Shown here piece after piece: positions 1 through 7,239 of a DNA stretch of 14,413 bases (its first letter is position 1; each line of letters opens with the position of its first letter). Origin of the DNA: Candidatus Eiseniibacteriota bacterium. GTDB lineage: Bacteria; Eisenbacteria; RBG-16-71-46. Location: NCBI GenBank assembly GCA_031364845.1, contig JANLWX010000190.1, positions 1 through 14,413 on the forward strand. The letters are read 5' to 3'. The position numbers and the translations under genes are program-made. Below the pieces are notes generated by a model. That model made no database searches, was not told the origin of the DNA, and worked only from the letters and a program-made list of their open reading frames with translations.

Positions 1-1
1 G

Positions 2-202
2 CTTCCCGATGATGAAGTCGAAGGCTACGGCGACGAGGATGAGGACGAGGACGATGACCTGCTCGGCGACGACGAACTCGACGAGGATGACGAGTTCGGC
101 GACGACGAGGAGGAATTCGAAGACGACTTCGACGAAGACGCCCCTTATACAGAAGACGAAGACTTCGCGAATCTGGATGCCGGGGAGGACAACGAGGAGT
201 AG
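2..202 (+). CDS. 3' end of an unknown, extremely acidic protein (partial; starts before the window)
   Basis: Frame 2 is open from the window edge to TAG at 200-202: LPDDEVEGYGDEDEDEDDDLLGDDELDEDDEFGDDEEEFEDDFDEDAPYTEDEDFANLDAGEDNEE*. GC-rich third positions (GAC/GAG). Missing from the ORF track because no start codon is in view. Confidence 0.8.
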   Translation, partial: LPDDEVEGYGDEDEDEDDDLLGDDELDEDDEFGDDEEEFEDDFDEDAPYTEDEDFANLDAGEDNEE

Positions 203-279
203 CCTCGACTTGGGCGGTTGCCCGGTCCCGTCGTGATCCATGCAGCGATCGGCTCCAACGAACAGGTGCCGGTGTCCCG

Positions 280-327
280 CGCCGCGGGCCCTGATCCGGA
301 TTCCTTCGGTCAGGGCCCGCAGCGTTT
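280..327 (+). terminator. Putative intrinsic terminator or stable hairpin downstream of the acidic ORF
   Basis: Perfect 11-bp inverted repeat GCGGGCCCTGA (284-294) / TCAGGGCCCGC (310-320), with inner CCGGA/TTCGG pairing. Only a short TTT follows. Confidence 0.5.
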
Positions 328-416
328 CACGCAGCTCTCGAAACCGAATATGCAATGGCCGGATCCGGCGCGGACGGTGACGCGGCGCGAAGAACGGCAC
401 TCGTGAGGGACGATCG

Positions 417-1304
417 ATGAAACCGAATTGGCCGCAAGGCTTGCCGGGCAATTTCGGCGGGCTCGACGATGAGTTCTCGAGCTTCGATCGTTCCAGGATC
501 GCCGTGCTGCCGGTGCCTTACGATTTCTCGACTTCCTATCAGAGCGGGACGCGCCACGGGCCGCACGCGATGATCGAAGCGTCGCGCAACATGGAAGTTT
601 GGGATGACGAACTCGGTGCGACCTATCAGGCCGGAATCCACACGCTGACCGAGTTGGAACCGACCGCCCTCGGGCCGAGCGTCATGGTGGAGCGCGTCGA
701 GCAGGCGGTGAGCTGGATCTACGAACACGGCAAGCTCCCCGCGATCTTCGGTGGCGAGCACAGCATCAGCTCGGGTGCGGTGCGCGCGGCGAAGCAGGCG
801 TTCCCCAAGCTCTCCGTGCTCCAGTTCGACGCGCACGCCGACATGCGCGACGAGTACCTGGACTCCCCGCACTGTCATGCGTGCGTGATGCGGCGCATCC
901 GCGAGTTGGTTCCGGCCGCATCGGTCGGGATCCGCTCGCTGAGCGAAGAGGAGGCGGAACATCTGAAGGCGAACCCCGCGCCGATCTGGAGCACGCGGCA
1001 GTTTCGCGCGCTGCGCGGGGACTGGAGTACCATCCTCGATGCGCTGACGGATGACGTGTTCATCACGTTCGATGTCGACGGACTCGATCCCGCTTTCGTC
1101 CCGGGAACGGGGACGCCCGAACCGGGCGGGCTCGACTGGTATGAAGTGGTGGATCTCATGGCGGCCGTCGCCAAGCGCAAGCGCATCGTCGGCTTCGACA
1201 TCGTCGAGCTCGCACCGGTCCCGGGCAGTGTGGCCTCGGACTTCCTGTGCGCGCGTCTGGCCTACCGCATGATGGGACTCGCGCTCGCCAGCGCGAAGCA
1301 CTGA
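417..1304 (+). CDS. speB: Agmatinase (ureohydrolase/arginase family)
   Basis: Motifs GGEHSIS, QFDAHADMRD, HACVM, DVDGLDPAFVPGTGTPEPGG and DIVELAP; GAGGGA SD upstream. The exact substrate (agmatine vs N1-aminopropylagmatine) cannot be decided from sequence. Confidence 0.9.
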   Translation: MKPNWPQGLPGNFGGLDDEFSSFDRSRIAVLPVPYDFSTSYQSGTRHGPHAMIEASRNMEVWDDELGATYQAGIHTLTELEPTALGPSVMVERVEQAVSWIYEHGKLPAIFGGEHSISSGAVRAAKQAFPKLSVLQFDAHADMRDEYLDSPHCHACVMRRIRELVPAASVGIRSLSEEEAEHLKANPAPIWSTRQFRALRGDWSTILDALTDDVFITFDVDGLDPAFVPGTGTPEPGGLDWYEVVDLMAAVAKRKRIVGFDIVELAPVPGSVASDFLCARLAYRMMGLALASAKH

Positions 1305-1305
1305 C

Positions 1306-2802
1306 ATGGCCCGCCCCCGCCCGCGCCCGTCCCCGCGATCGAACGATTCACGTGGAAGCTCGCGTCAGGGCGTTTCGCGCCCTGGGGCCGGCTCGCCCCG
1401 GCGCGATTCGTCATCACCCCGCACCGAGTCCGCGCGCCCGCGACGCGAGTCGGATGCGCCTCGCCGCGAGTCTGACCGTCCGCGCCGCGAATCCGATGCG
1501 CCGCGCCGTGAATCCGTGCGTCCGCGCCGAGACTCCGATGCGCCTCGCCGCGAGACCAAACCGCAACGCCGTCCCGAAGCTTCTCCGTCGCGCCCCGTCG
1601 TCCGCACCGAGCGCCCGTCGACGGGAGGCCCCGCGCGCATCCTCCTCACGCGCAATCAGGATCGCCGCGTGCGTGCCGGACATCCGTGGGTGTTCAGCAA
1701 CGAGGTCGCCGAAGTCGTGGGCGGACCCGAGGACGGCTCGATCGTCGAAGTGCAGGACTATCGCGGGGCGTTTCTGGGCAAGGCGTACTACAACAAGCAC
1801 AGCCTGATCTGCGCGCGTTTGCTGACGCGGGGGCGCGATCCGATCGACACCGACTTCTTCGTGCGCCGCATCGAGCGCGCGTTGCGCCAGCGCGAGGAGC
1901 GCATGCCGGGGGAGACGACGCTGCGCGTTCTCTACGGCGAAGGCGATCAGGTGCCGGGATTGATCGTCGACCGCTACGGCGACTGGCTCGCGGTGCAGAT
2001 CCTCACACTCGGCATCGAAGCGCGCGCCGCACAGGTGCGCGAGGCGATCGAGCGCACGCTCGCGCCGCGCGGTGCCGTGCGCGTTTGCGACACGCCGCTG
2101 CGCGAGCTCGAAGGGCTGCCGCTCGAGCGCGAGCTGTGGTGGGGTGAGGTGCCCGAACGCGTTCAGGTCGACGTGGACGGGTTCAGACTCGAGGCCGACC
2201 TGCTACACGGCCAGAAGACCGGACTGTTCCTCGACCAGCGGCTGAATCGCCGCCTCGTCGAGTCCCGCGCCAGCGGCAAGCGCGTGCTCGACATGTTCTG
2301 CTATCAGGGCGAGTGGGCGCTGCACGCGGCGCGCGGCGGCGCCACGGAGGTGCTCGCGGTCGACAGCTCGGAGCCGGCACTCGCCGCGGCCGCGCGCAAT
2401 GCGCAGGCGAACGGTGTCGAGGATCGCATCGAGTTCCGGCGCGGCGATGCGTTCGAGATCCTGCGTGCGCTCGAAGAAGCGCGCGAGCGCTATGGCGTGG
2501 TCGTGCTCGATCCGCCGGCGCTCATCAAGTCACGCCGCCATCTCGCGGCCGGAGCGCGCGCCTACCGCGAACTGAACCGCGCGGCGATGGCGCTGCTCGA
2601 CGAGGACGGGTTTCTCGTCACCTGCTCGTGCAGCCATCATCTGGACGACGTTCTGTTTCGCCAGGTGCTGATGGAGGCCGCGCGCGCCGCGCACCGCCCG
2701 TTCCGCGTGATCGAGTGGACCGGCGAGTCGCCGGATCATCCGCAGCTGCTCGCGGTGCCGGAGACGCACTATCTGAAGTGCGTGGTCTTGCAGGCGATCT
2801 AG
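1306..2802 (+). CDS. rlmI: Class I SAM-dependent rRNA methyltransferase, RlmI/YccW (m5C1962) family, with PUA domain and Arg-rich N-terminal extension
   Basis: GHPWVFSNE (PUA), GLIVDRYG, GQKTGLFLDQR, VLDMFCYQG, VVLDPPA, TCSCS, PDHP..PETHYLK. The ATG lies 1 nt after the speB stop. Confidence 0.85.
   Translation: MARPRPRPSPRSNDSRGSSRQGVSRPGAGSPRRDSSSPRTESARPRRESDAPRRESDRPRRESDAPRRESVRPRRDSDAPRRETKPQRRPEASPSRPVVRTERPSTGGPARILLTRNQDRRVRAGHPWVFSNEVAEVVGGPEDGSIVEVQDYRGAFLGKAYYNKHSLICARLLTRGRDPIDTDFFVRRIERALRQREERMPGETTLRVLYGEGDQVPGLIVDRYGDWLAVQILTLGIEARAAQVREAIERTLAPRGAVRVCDTPLRELEGLPLERELWWGEVPERVQVDVDGFRLEADLLHGQKTGLFLDQRLNRRLVESRASGKRVLDMFCYQGEWALHAARGGATEVLAVDSSEPALAAAARNAQANGVEDRIEFRRGDAFEILRALEEARERYGVVVLDPPALIKSRRHLAAGARAYRELNRAAMALLDEDGFLVTCSCSHHLDDVLFRQVLMEAARAAHRPFRVIEWTGESPDHPQLLAVPETHYLKCVVLQAI
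1396..1563 (+). repeat. Coding tandem repeat, 8 x 21 bp (consensus peptide PRRESD[A/R])
   Basis: PRRDSSS PRTESAR PRRESDA PRRESDR PRRESDA PRRESVR PRRDSDA PRRETKP; degenerate at the DNA level. Confidence 0.9.
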
Positions 2803-3092
2803 CCCGCGGTCTCCGGCGTCGCCGGCTTCTTGCGCTCGTCGAGATAGTTCATGCGAAGCTCGGTGAGCACCTGCTGCAGCACGCGCGCTTCGTCCGGCTC
2901 GAGGTTGCCTTTCGTGCGCACTTCGAGCGCCGCGAGCGTGTCGATCGTGTCGCGCGCGGCGTCGAGATGCCGGTCGATCTTGCGGCTGATCGGATTCATG
3001 AGCTTGCCGAGCGCCATCATTCCGCTCTGCTGGAGTCCGAGCACGAGCTGCAGGAACAGCGCGGCCTGACGCGAGGGATCGTTGTCGTTCAT
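2799..3092 (-). CDS. DUF1844 family small protein (97 aa)
   Basis: MMALGKLMNP...AARDTIDTLAALEVRTKGNL...VLTELRMNY matches the DUF1844 pattern as I recall it. The ATG at 3092 overlaps the mazG stop (ATGA) and has an AAGGA SD. Its stop overlaps the rlmI stop in a shared CTAG. Confidence 0.75.
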   Translation of the reverse strand: MNDNDPSRQAALFLQLVLGLQQSGMMALGKLMNPISRKIDRHLDAARDTIDTLAALEVRTKGNLEPDEARVLQQVLTELRMNYLDERKKPATPETAG

Positions 3093-3901
3093 CGGGTGTC
3101 CTTCGGGCTTTCGGCCGCGGCCGCGCGAGCCTTGGCCTCGTTCCACAGTGCGTCCATCTCTTCGAGCGTGGAGTCCGCGGGGCGCTTGCCCTGCTCGGCG
3201 AGGCGGCTTTCGATGTGTCGGAAGCGGTCGCGGAAGCGGCCCGCCGTGGCGCGCAATTCGCGCTCGGGATCGACGTTCAGCTTGCGCGAGACGTTGACCA
3301 CCGCGAACAGCAGATCGCCGATCTCGCCTGCGACCGCTGTGGAGTCGCGGTGTTCGATCGCGTCCTCGATCTCTTTGAACTCCTCGCGCACCTTGTCGAG
3401 CGCGCCTTTGGAGTTCGGCCAGTCGAAGCCCACCGCCGCCGCCTTCTCCTGCAGCCGGTAGGCCGTGATCAGCGCCGGCATGCCCTTGGGCTGCTCGCCG
3501 AGCAGCGATCCGTTGCTGCCCTTCTCACGCTGCTTGATCTCCTGCCATTGGGCGTAGGCCGCGTCGCCGTTGGCGACCGCCGCGCCACCGTAGACGTGCG
3601 GGTGGCGGCGGATCAACTTCTGCGAGGCGCGTTCCATCGATTCCGCGAGACCGATGCCCGAACGCTCGGCGAGCAGTTCGAGGCAGAACACCGAGAGGAA
3701 CAGCAGATCGCCGAGTTCCTCGGCGGTCCCCTCGGCGTCACCGTTCGCGATCGCGTCGCCGGTTTCAGCCGCTTCCTCGGTGAGGTACGGCGTCATCGAT
3801 TCGAGCGTCTGATCGCGGTCCCACGGACAACCGTCCGGCCCGCGCAACCTGCGGCACACACCGATCAGTTCTTCGAAGGCAGCGCGTTCACGTTCGATCA
3901 T
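3089..3901 (-). CDS. mazG: Nucleoside triphosphate pyrophosphohydrolase MazG (two-domain)
   Basis: GCPWDRDQT, EELGDLLF, KLIRRHPHVYG, VGFDW, EIGDLLFAVVN, EMDALW; 270 aa. Confidence 0.95.
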   Translation of the reverse strand: MIERERAAFEELIGVCRRLRGPDGCPWDRDQTLESMTPYLTEEAAETGDAIANGDAEGTAEELGDLLFLSVFCLELLAERSGIGLAESMERASQKLIRRHPHVYGGAAVANGDAAYAQWQEIKQREKGSNGSLLGEQPKGMPALITAYRLQEKAAAVGFDWPNSKGALDKVREEFKEIEDAIEHRDSTAVAGEIGDLLFAVVNVSRKLNVDPERELRATAGRFRDRFRHIESRLAEQGKRPADSTLEEMDALWNEAKARAAAAESPKDTR

Positions 3902-3907
3902 GATCGC

Positions 3908-3936
3908 AGCATAGCCAACGGCTGCCGGGGCACCAA
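3908..3936 (-). promoter_or_regulatory. Putative sigma70-type promoter of a leaderless mazG transcript
   Basis: The minus strand reads TTGGTG-N17-TATGCT-N6-ATG, with no SD before the mazG ATG. Confidence 0.5.
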
Positions 3937-3950
3937 GCTGCGCGGAACTT

Positions 3951-4517
3951 CTACGCCGTTTGCGGGCGGCGCCGTCCGCGCACGAACGAAACGATGAGTG
4001 CCACGACCGCGGCGAGCGCGATCAGCGGTGCGAGGATGACCGCGGCGAGAATCACGACCGTGATTCCGTCCTCGATCGTCGACAGCACGGGGTTGCCGTG
4101 GCCAAGCGTCACCGCGGTCGAGCCGAGCCGCGTCTTTGCCTTGAGCGCGTGGACGGCCAGCGCGCTGCCGCCGAACGCCACCGCCGTGATTTGCGCCCAC
4201 GGAGACGGCCAGTGCGCGAGCACCGCGAACCCCGCGAGCCACGCCGCGGCCGGACGTACCACTGTCGCGACGGCGTCCATCGCGTGATCCACGACCGGAA
4301 TCTTGTCGCCGGCGATCTCGATCACGGTCGCGGCCCCGAAGCACACCAAGGCGGGCGTGCTCTCGAGCCACGCGACCGAGCTCTGCAGCTCCATCCATCC
4401 CAGACGCCCGGCGATGCCGAGTGCCAGCAGGGGCAGGAAGGCACGCAGGCCGCAGGCGGCGGACACGGCGATGCCGCTCGCGAGCGCGAGCGCGAACTGG
4501 GGATCGAACGTCGGCAT
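3951..4517 (-). CDS. DUF4126 family membrane protein
   Basis: GLRAFLPLL, EIAGDKIPVVDHAMD, PVLSTIED motifs; several hydrophobic segments; GAGGAGG SD upstream. Confidence 0.8.
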   Translation of the reverse strand: MPTFDPQFALALASGIAVSAACGLRAFLPLLALGIAGRLGWMELQSSVAWLESTPALVCFGAATVIEIAGDKIPVVDHAMDAVATVVRPAAAWLAGFAVLAHWPSPWAQITAVAFGGSALAVHALKAKTRLGSTAVTLGHGNPVLSTIEDGITVVILAAVILAPLIALAAVVALIVSFVRGRRRPQTA

Positions 4518-4549
4518 GGGTGTGGGTCCTCCTCGTGCGGCGATGGCGA

Positions 4550-4582
4550 TTGCGGCGGTCGGCGCGCGACACTATGCTACCA
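4550..4582. promoter_or_regulatory. Putative overlapping bidirectional promoter for alr (+) and the DUF4126 gene (-)
   Basis: + strand TTGCGG(4550-4555)-N17-TATGCT(4573-4578); - strand extended -10 TGGTAGCAT (4582-4574). Confidence 0.45.
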
Positions 4583-4637
4583 GCCTTTTTGCCCGCACCG
4601 GCATTCGGATGCGGGGTTTGCCACGGAGGAGCGCTCG

Positions 4638-5909
4638 GTGACGATGCCGGTTTCGACCTGGGTCGAGGTGGATCTCGATCGCCTCGCCGGGAATCTCGCG
4701 GCGATCCGAGCGTACGCCGCGTCCGCCGATCCGAAGGAGTCACCATCCGGATCCCCCGGCCGCGCGCGCGAGACGCTGCTGGTCGTTAAGGCGGACGCCT
4801 ATGGCCACGGCGCGGTCGAGATCGCCGAAGCCGCGGAGCGCGCAGGCGTCGTCCACTTCGGCGTCGCGACGCTGCACGAGGGCATCCAGCTACGGGAAGC
4901 GGGCTGCCGCCGTCCGATCGTCGTGCTGTCGCCGCTTTTGCCGAGCGAGATCGGCGAAGCGGTCGCCCACGATCTCGATCCGACGATCTCCGACGACGAC
5001 TTCGGGCGCGCGTTCTCGGCGGCCGCCGAGCAGGCAGGCCGCGCGCTGCGCTTCCACGTCGAGGTCGACACGGGCATGGGGCGGACCGGCGTGCGCGAAG
5101 AGCGCGCCGAGGAGTTCGTCGCCGCGCTCGCGGCACTTCCGGGGCTGCGGCTGGCGAGCGTGTACACGCACTTCCCCGATGCGGACGGATTGGATCTGGC
5201 GTTCTCGCACGCTCAGGCCGCGCGCTTTCGCGCGGTGCTCGATCGCATCGAAGCCAGGGGCGTCCCGGTGCCGCGAGTTCATGCGGCGAACAGCGCCGGC
5301 ACGCTCAACGTGCGCGAGGCGTTGTTCGACGGCGTGCGCGTCGGGCTGCTGGCGTACGGCTACACTCCGCCGAACGCGCAGGTTTCGCTGCCGCTTCTGC
5401 CGGTGATGTCGTTCAAGAGCCGCCTGGTCCAGGTGCGCGATCTTCCGGCCGGAACTCCCGTGAGTTATGGCCGCACGTTCGTCACCGAACATGCGAGCCG
5501 GATCGGCGTGGTCGCGGCCGGCTACGGGCACGGGCTCTCGTGGCTGCTGTCCAACCGCGGCCACATGCTGGTGGGCGGCGTGCGCGTGCCGATCGCCGGA
5601 CGGGTGACGATGGATCTCACGATGGTCGACATCACCGGCGTTCCGGAAGCCAAGGTGGGCGACGAGGTCGTTCTGTTCGGGCATCAAGGGAGCGCGCGGA
5701 TCGCGCTCGAGGAAGTGGCGGCGTGGAGCGAGACGCTGCCTTACGAGATCATGTGCACGATCGGCAAGCGCGTGGCGCGGATCTATCTGAGCGAGGGGCG
5801 GCCGGTCAAGCTCACCTCGCTCGTCGGCGAACGCGCCGAGTGGACCCGCCAGGCCGTCGATCACTTCCGGCTCCGCGATCTCGCCGTGGCTGCGGCAAGG
5901 AGAGGCTAG
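4638..5909 (+). CDS. alr: Alanine racemase
   Basis: TWVEVDL, PLP-lysine motif VVKADAYGHGA, DTGMGRTG, YTHF, HAANSAG, VSYG, GRVTMD, YEIMC. A GGAGGAG SD precedes GTG 4638 (alternative ATG 4644). Confidence 0.93.
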   Translation: MTMPVSTWVEVDLDRLAGNLAAIRAYAASADPKESPSGSPGRARETLLVVKADAYGHGAVEIAEAAERAGVVHFGVATLHEGIQLREAGCRRPIVVLSPLLPSEIGEAVAHDLDPTISDDDFGRAFSAAAEQAGRALRFHVEVDTGMGRTGVREERAEEFVAALAALPGLRLASVYTHFPDADGLDLAFSHAQAARFRAVLDRIEARGVPVPRVHAANSAGTLNVREALFDGVRVGLLAYGYTPPNAQVSLPLLPVMSFKSRLVQVRDLPAGTPVSYGRTFVTEHASRIGVVAAGYGHGLSWLLSNRGHMLVGGVRVPIAGRVTMDLTMVDITGVPEAKVGDEVVLFGHQGSARIALEEVAAWSETLPYEIMCTIGKRVARIYLSEGRPVKLTSLVGERAEWTRQAVDHFRLRDLAVAAARRG

Positions 5910-6071
5910 TGTTCCGTACCGGAAGTCATGTTTGCGCCTCGACGGCCCTCGCGGCCCATGGCTGCGTTGCTCCTCCTCGACGTATCTTCGGACACGACTT
6001 CGTCGTCGCGCCTTGCCCTGGACCACGATGGCTCGCCGAGGACTCAAACATGACTTCCGGTAAGGAACACT
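5908..6071. mobile_element. MITE-like / palindromic intergenic element (~164 bp)
   Basis: 27-bp terminal inverted repeats AGTGTTCCGTACCGGAAGTCATGTTTG (5908-5934) and CAAACATGACTTCCGGTAAGGAACACT (6045-6071), 26/27 complementary. Central cTTCGg loop at 5986-5991. CTAG (5906-5909) and CTCG (6070-6073) flank the TGTTCC...GGAACA core. Confidence 0.65.
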
Positions 6072-6072
6072 C

Positions 6073-7239
6073 GTGCGCGTATTCCTGATCGTGCTGGATG
6101 GTGTCGGTATCGGCGAACAGCCGGATGCGGACGACTATGGAGATCGCGGCAGCAACACGCTGCTCCACGTCGCGGAGGCGGTCGGCGGGCTCACGCTGCC
6201 GCGGCTCGAGAAGCTCGGACTCGGACGGTTGCTCGACCTGCCCGGCGTGCGCGCGATCGCCGATCCCGCGAGCGCCTACGCGCGTCTCACCGAGCGCTCG
6301 CCCGGCAAGGACAGCACGACCGGCCACTGGGAGCTCGCGGGCATCCAGCTCGAGCGCGCGTTCCCGACGTTCCCGAACGGATTCCCGGAGGAGTTGCTCG
6401 AGCGCTGGTGCGAGCGCACGGGACGCGGCTGGATCGGGAACATCGCGTCGTCCGGAACCGAGATCATCGCCCGGTTCGGCGAGGAGCATCAGAAGTCCGG
6501 ACGGCTCATCGTGTACACTTCCGCCGACAGCGTCTTTCAGGTCGCAGCTCATGAAACGACCGTGCCCATCGAGGAACTCTACGCCGCCTGCCGTTCGGCG
6601 CGCGAGATCCTCGATGGGGAATATGCGGTCGGGCGCGTGATCGCGCGGCCGTTCCTGGGCTTGCCCGGGAACTATGCGCGCACGGCCCGGCGGCGCGACT
6701 TTTCGCTGGTGCCGCCGAAGGCCACATTGCTCGACCGGCTGTCCGAAGCCGGGCACCGCGTGGTGACGGTGGGCAAGGTCGATGAACTGTTCGCGGGCCG
6801 CGGTGTGTCCGAGGCCATTCACACCGCGGGCAACGGGGAAGGACAGGAGCTGCTTCTGGATCTCGCACGCCGACCCGGAGAAGGCCTGGTGTTCGCCAAC
6901 CTCGTCGACTTCGACCAGTCCTACGGCCATCGCAACGACCCGGCCGGGTTCGCGCGCGCGCTCGAATCGTTCGACGACTGCCTGAACGACTTCCTCGACC
7001 GGCTCCGGAGCGACGAAATGGTCATGATCACGGCCGATCACGGCAACGACCCGACCACCAAGAGCACCGACCACGCGCGCGAGTACACGCCGCTGCTGGT
7101 GGCCGGTCCGAACGTGAAGACGGGCGTCGATCTCGGCACGCGCGAAACCTTCGCCGACGTCGGGATGACCATCGCGCATCTGTTCGGCGTGAAGGCGCTC
7201 GAGTCGGGCCGCAGCTTCATGCGCGAGATCCGGTCGTGA
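6073..7239 (+). CDS. deoB: Phosphopentomutase
   Basis: RVFLIVLDGVGIG, GKDSTTGHWE, VYTSADSVFQ, GRVIARPF, NLVDFDQSYGHRND, TADHGNDP, TDHAREY; TAAGGA SD followed by GTG. Confidence 0.96.
   Translation: MRVFLIVLDGVGIGEQPDADDYGDRGSNTLLHVAEAVGGLTLPRLEKLGLGRLLDLPGVRAIADPASAYARLTERSPGKDSTTGHWELAGIQLERAFPTFPNGFPEELLERWCERTGRGWIGNIASSGTEIIARFGEEHQKSGRLIVYTSADSVFQVAAHETTVPIEELYAACRSAREILDGEYAVGRVIARPFLGLPGNYARTARRRDFSLVPPKATLLDRLSEAGHRVVTVGKVDELFAGRGVSEAIHTAGNGEGQELLLDLARRPGEGLVFANLVDFDQSYGHRNDPAGFARALESFDDCLNDFLDRLRSDEMVMITADHGNDPTTKSTDHAREYTPLLVAGPNVKTGVDLGTRETFADVGMTIAHLFGVKALESGRSFMREIRS

Noticed and set aside
9..236. 75-aa Thr/Arg-rich ORF in the track
   Set aside because: Frame-shifted shadow of the acidic frame-2 ORF; GAC/GAG codons read out of frame give Thr/Arg.
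203..416. Guanidine riboswitch upstream of the ureohydrolase
   Set aside because: No paired ACGR-loop hairpins or ykkC 3' consensus are recognisable; the one strong hairpin fits a terminator better.
1396..1563. CRISPR array
   Set aside because: The repeats are contiguous, degenerate, in frame and have no spacers; no cas genes are present.
3089..3901. MazG as an anti-phage or toxin-antitoxin component
   Set aside because: It is the full-length two-domain housekeeping form, with no mazEF or defence genes adjacent.
3960..4637. Long N-terminal fusion on alanine racemase (649-aa ORF)
   Set aside because: This stretch is antisense to the DUF4126 gene; the SD and family homology begin at 4638.
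5908..6071. 6S RNA or SRP RNA
   Set aside because: The arms are nearly perfect rather than bulged, and neither the SRP helix-8 motif nor an obvious 6S central bubble is visible. A covariance-model search would be needed to exclude this fully.
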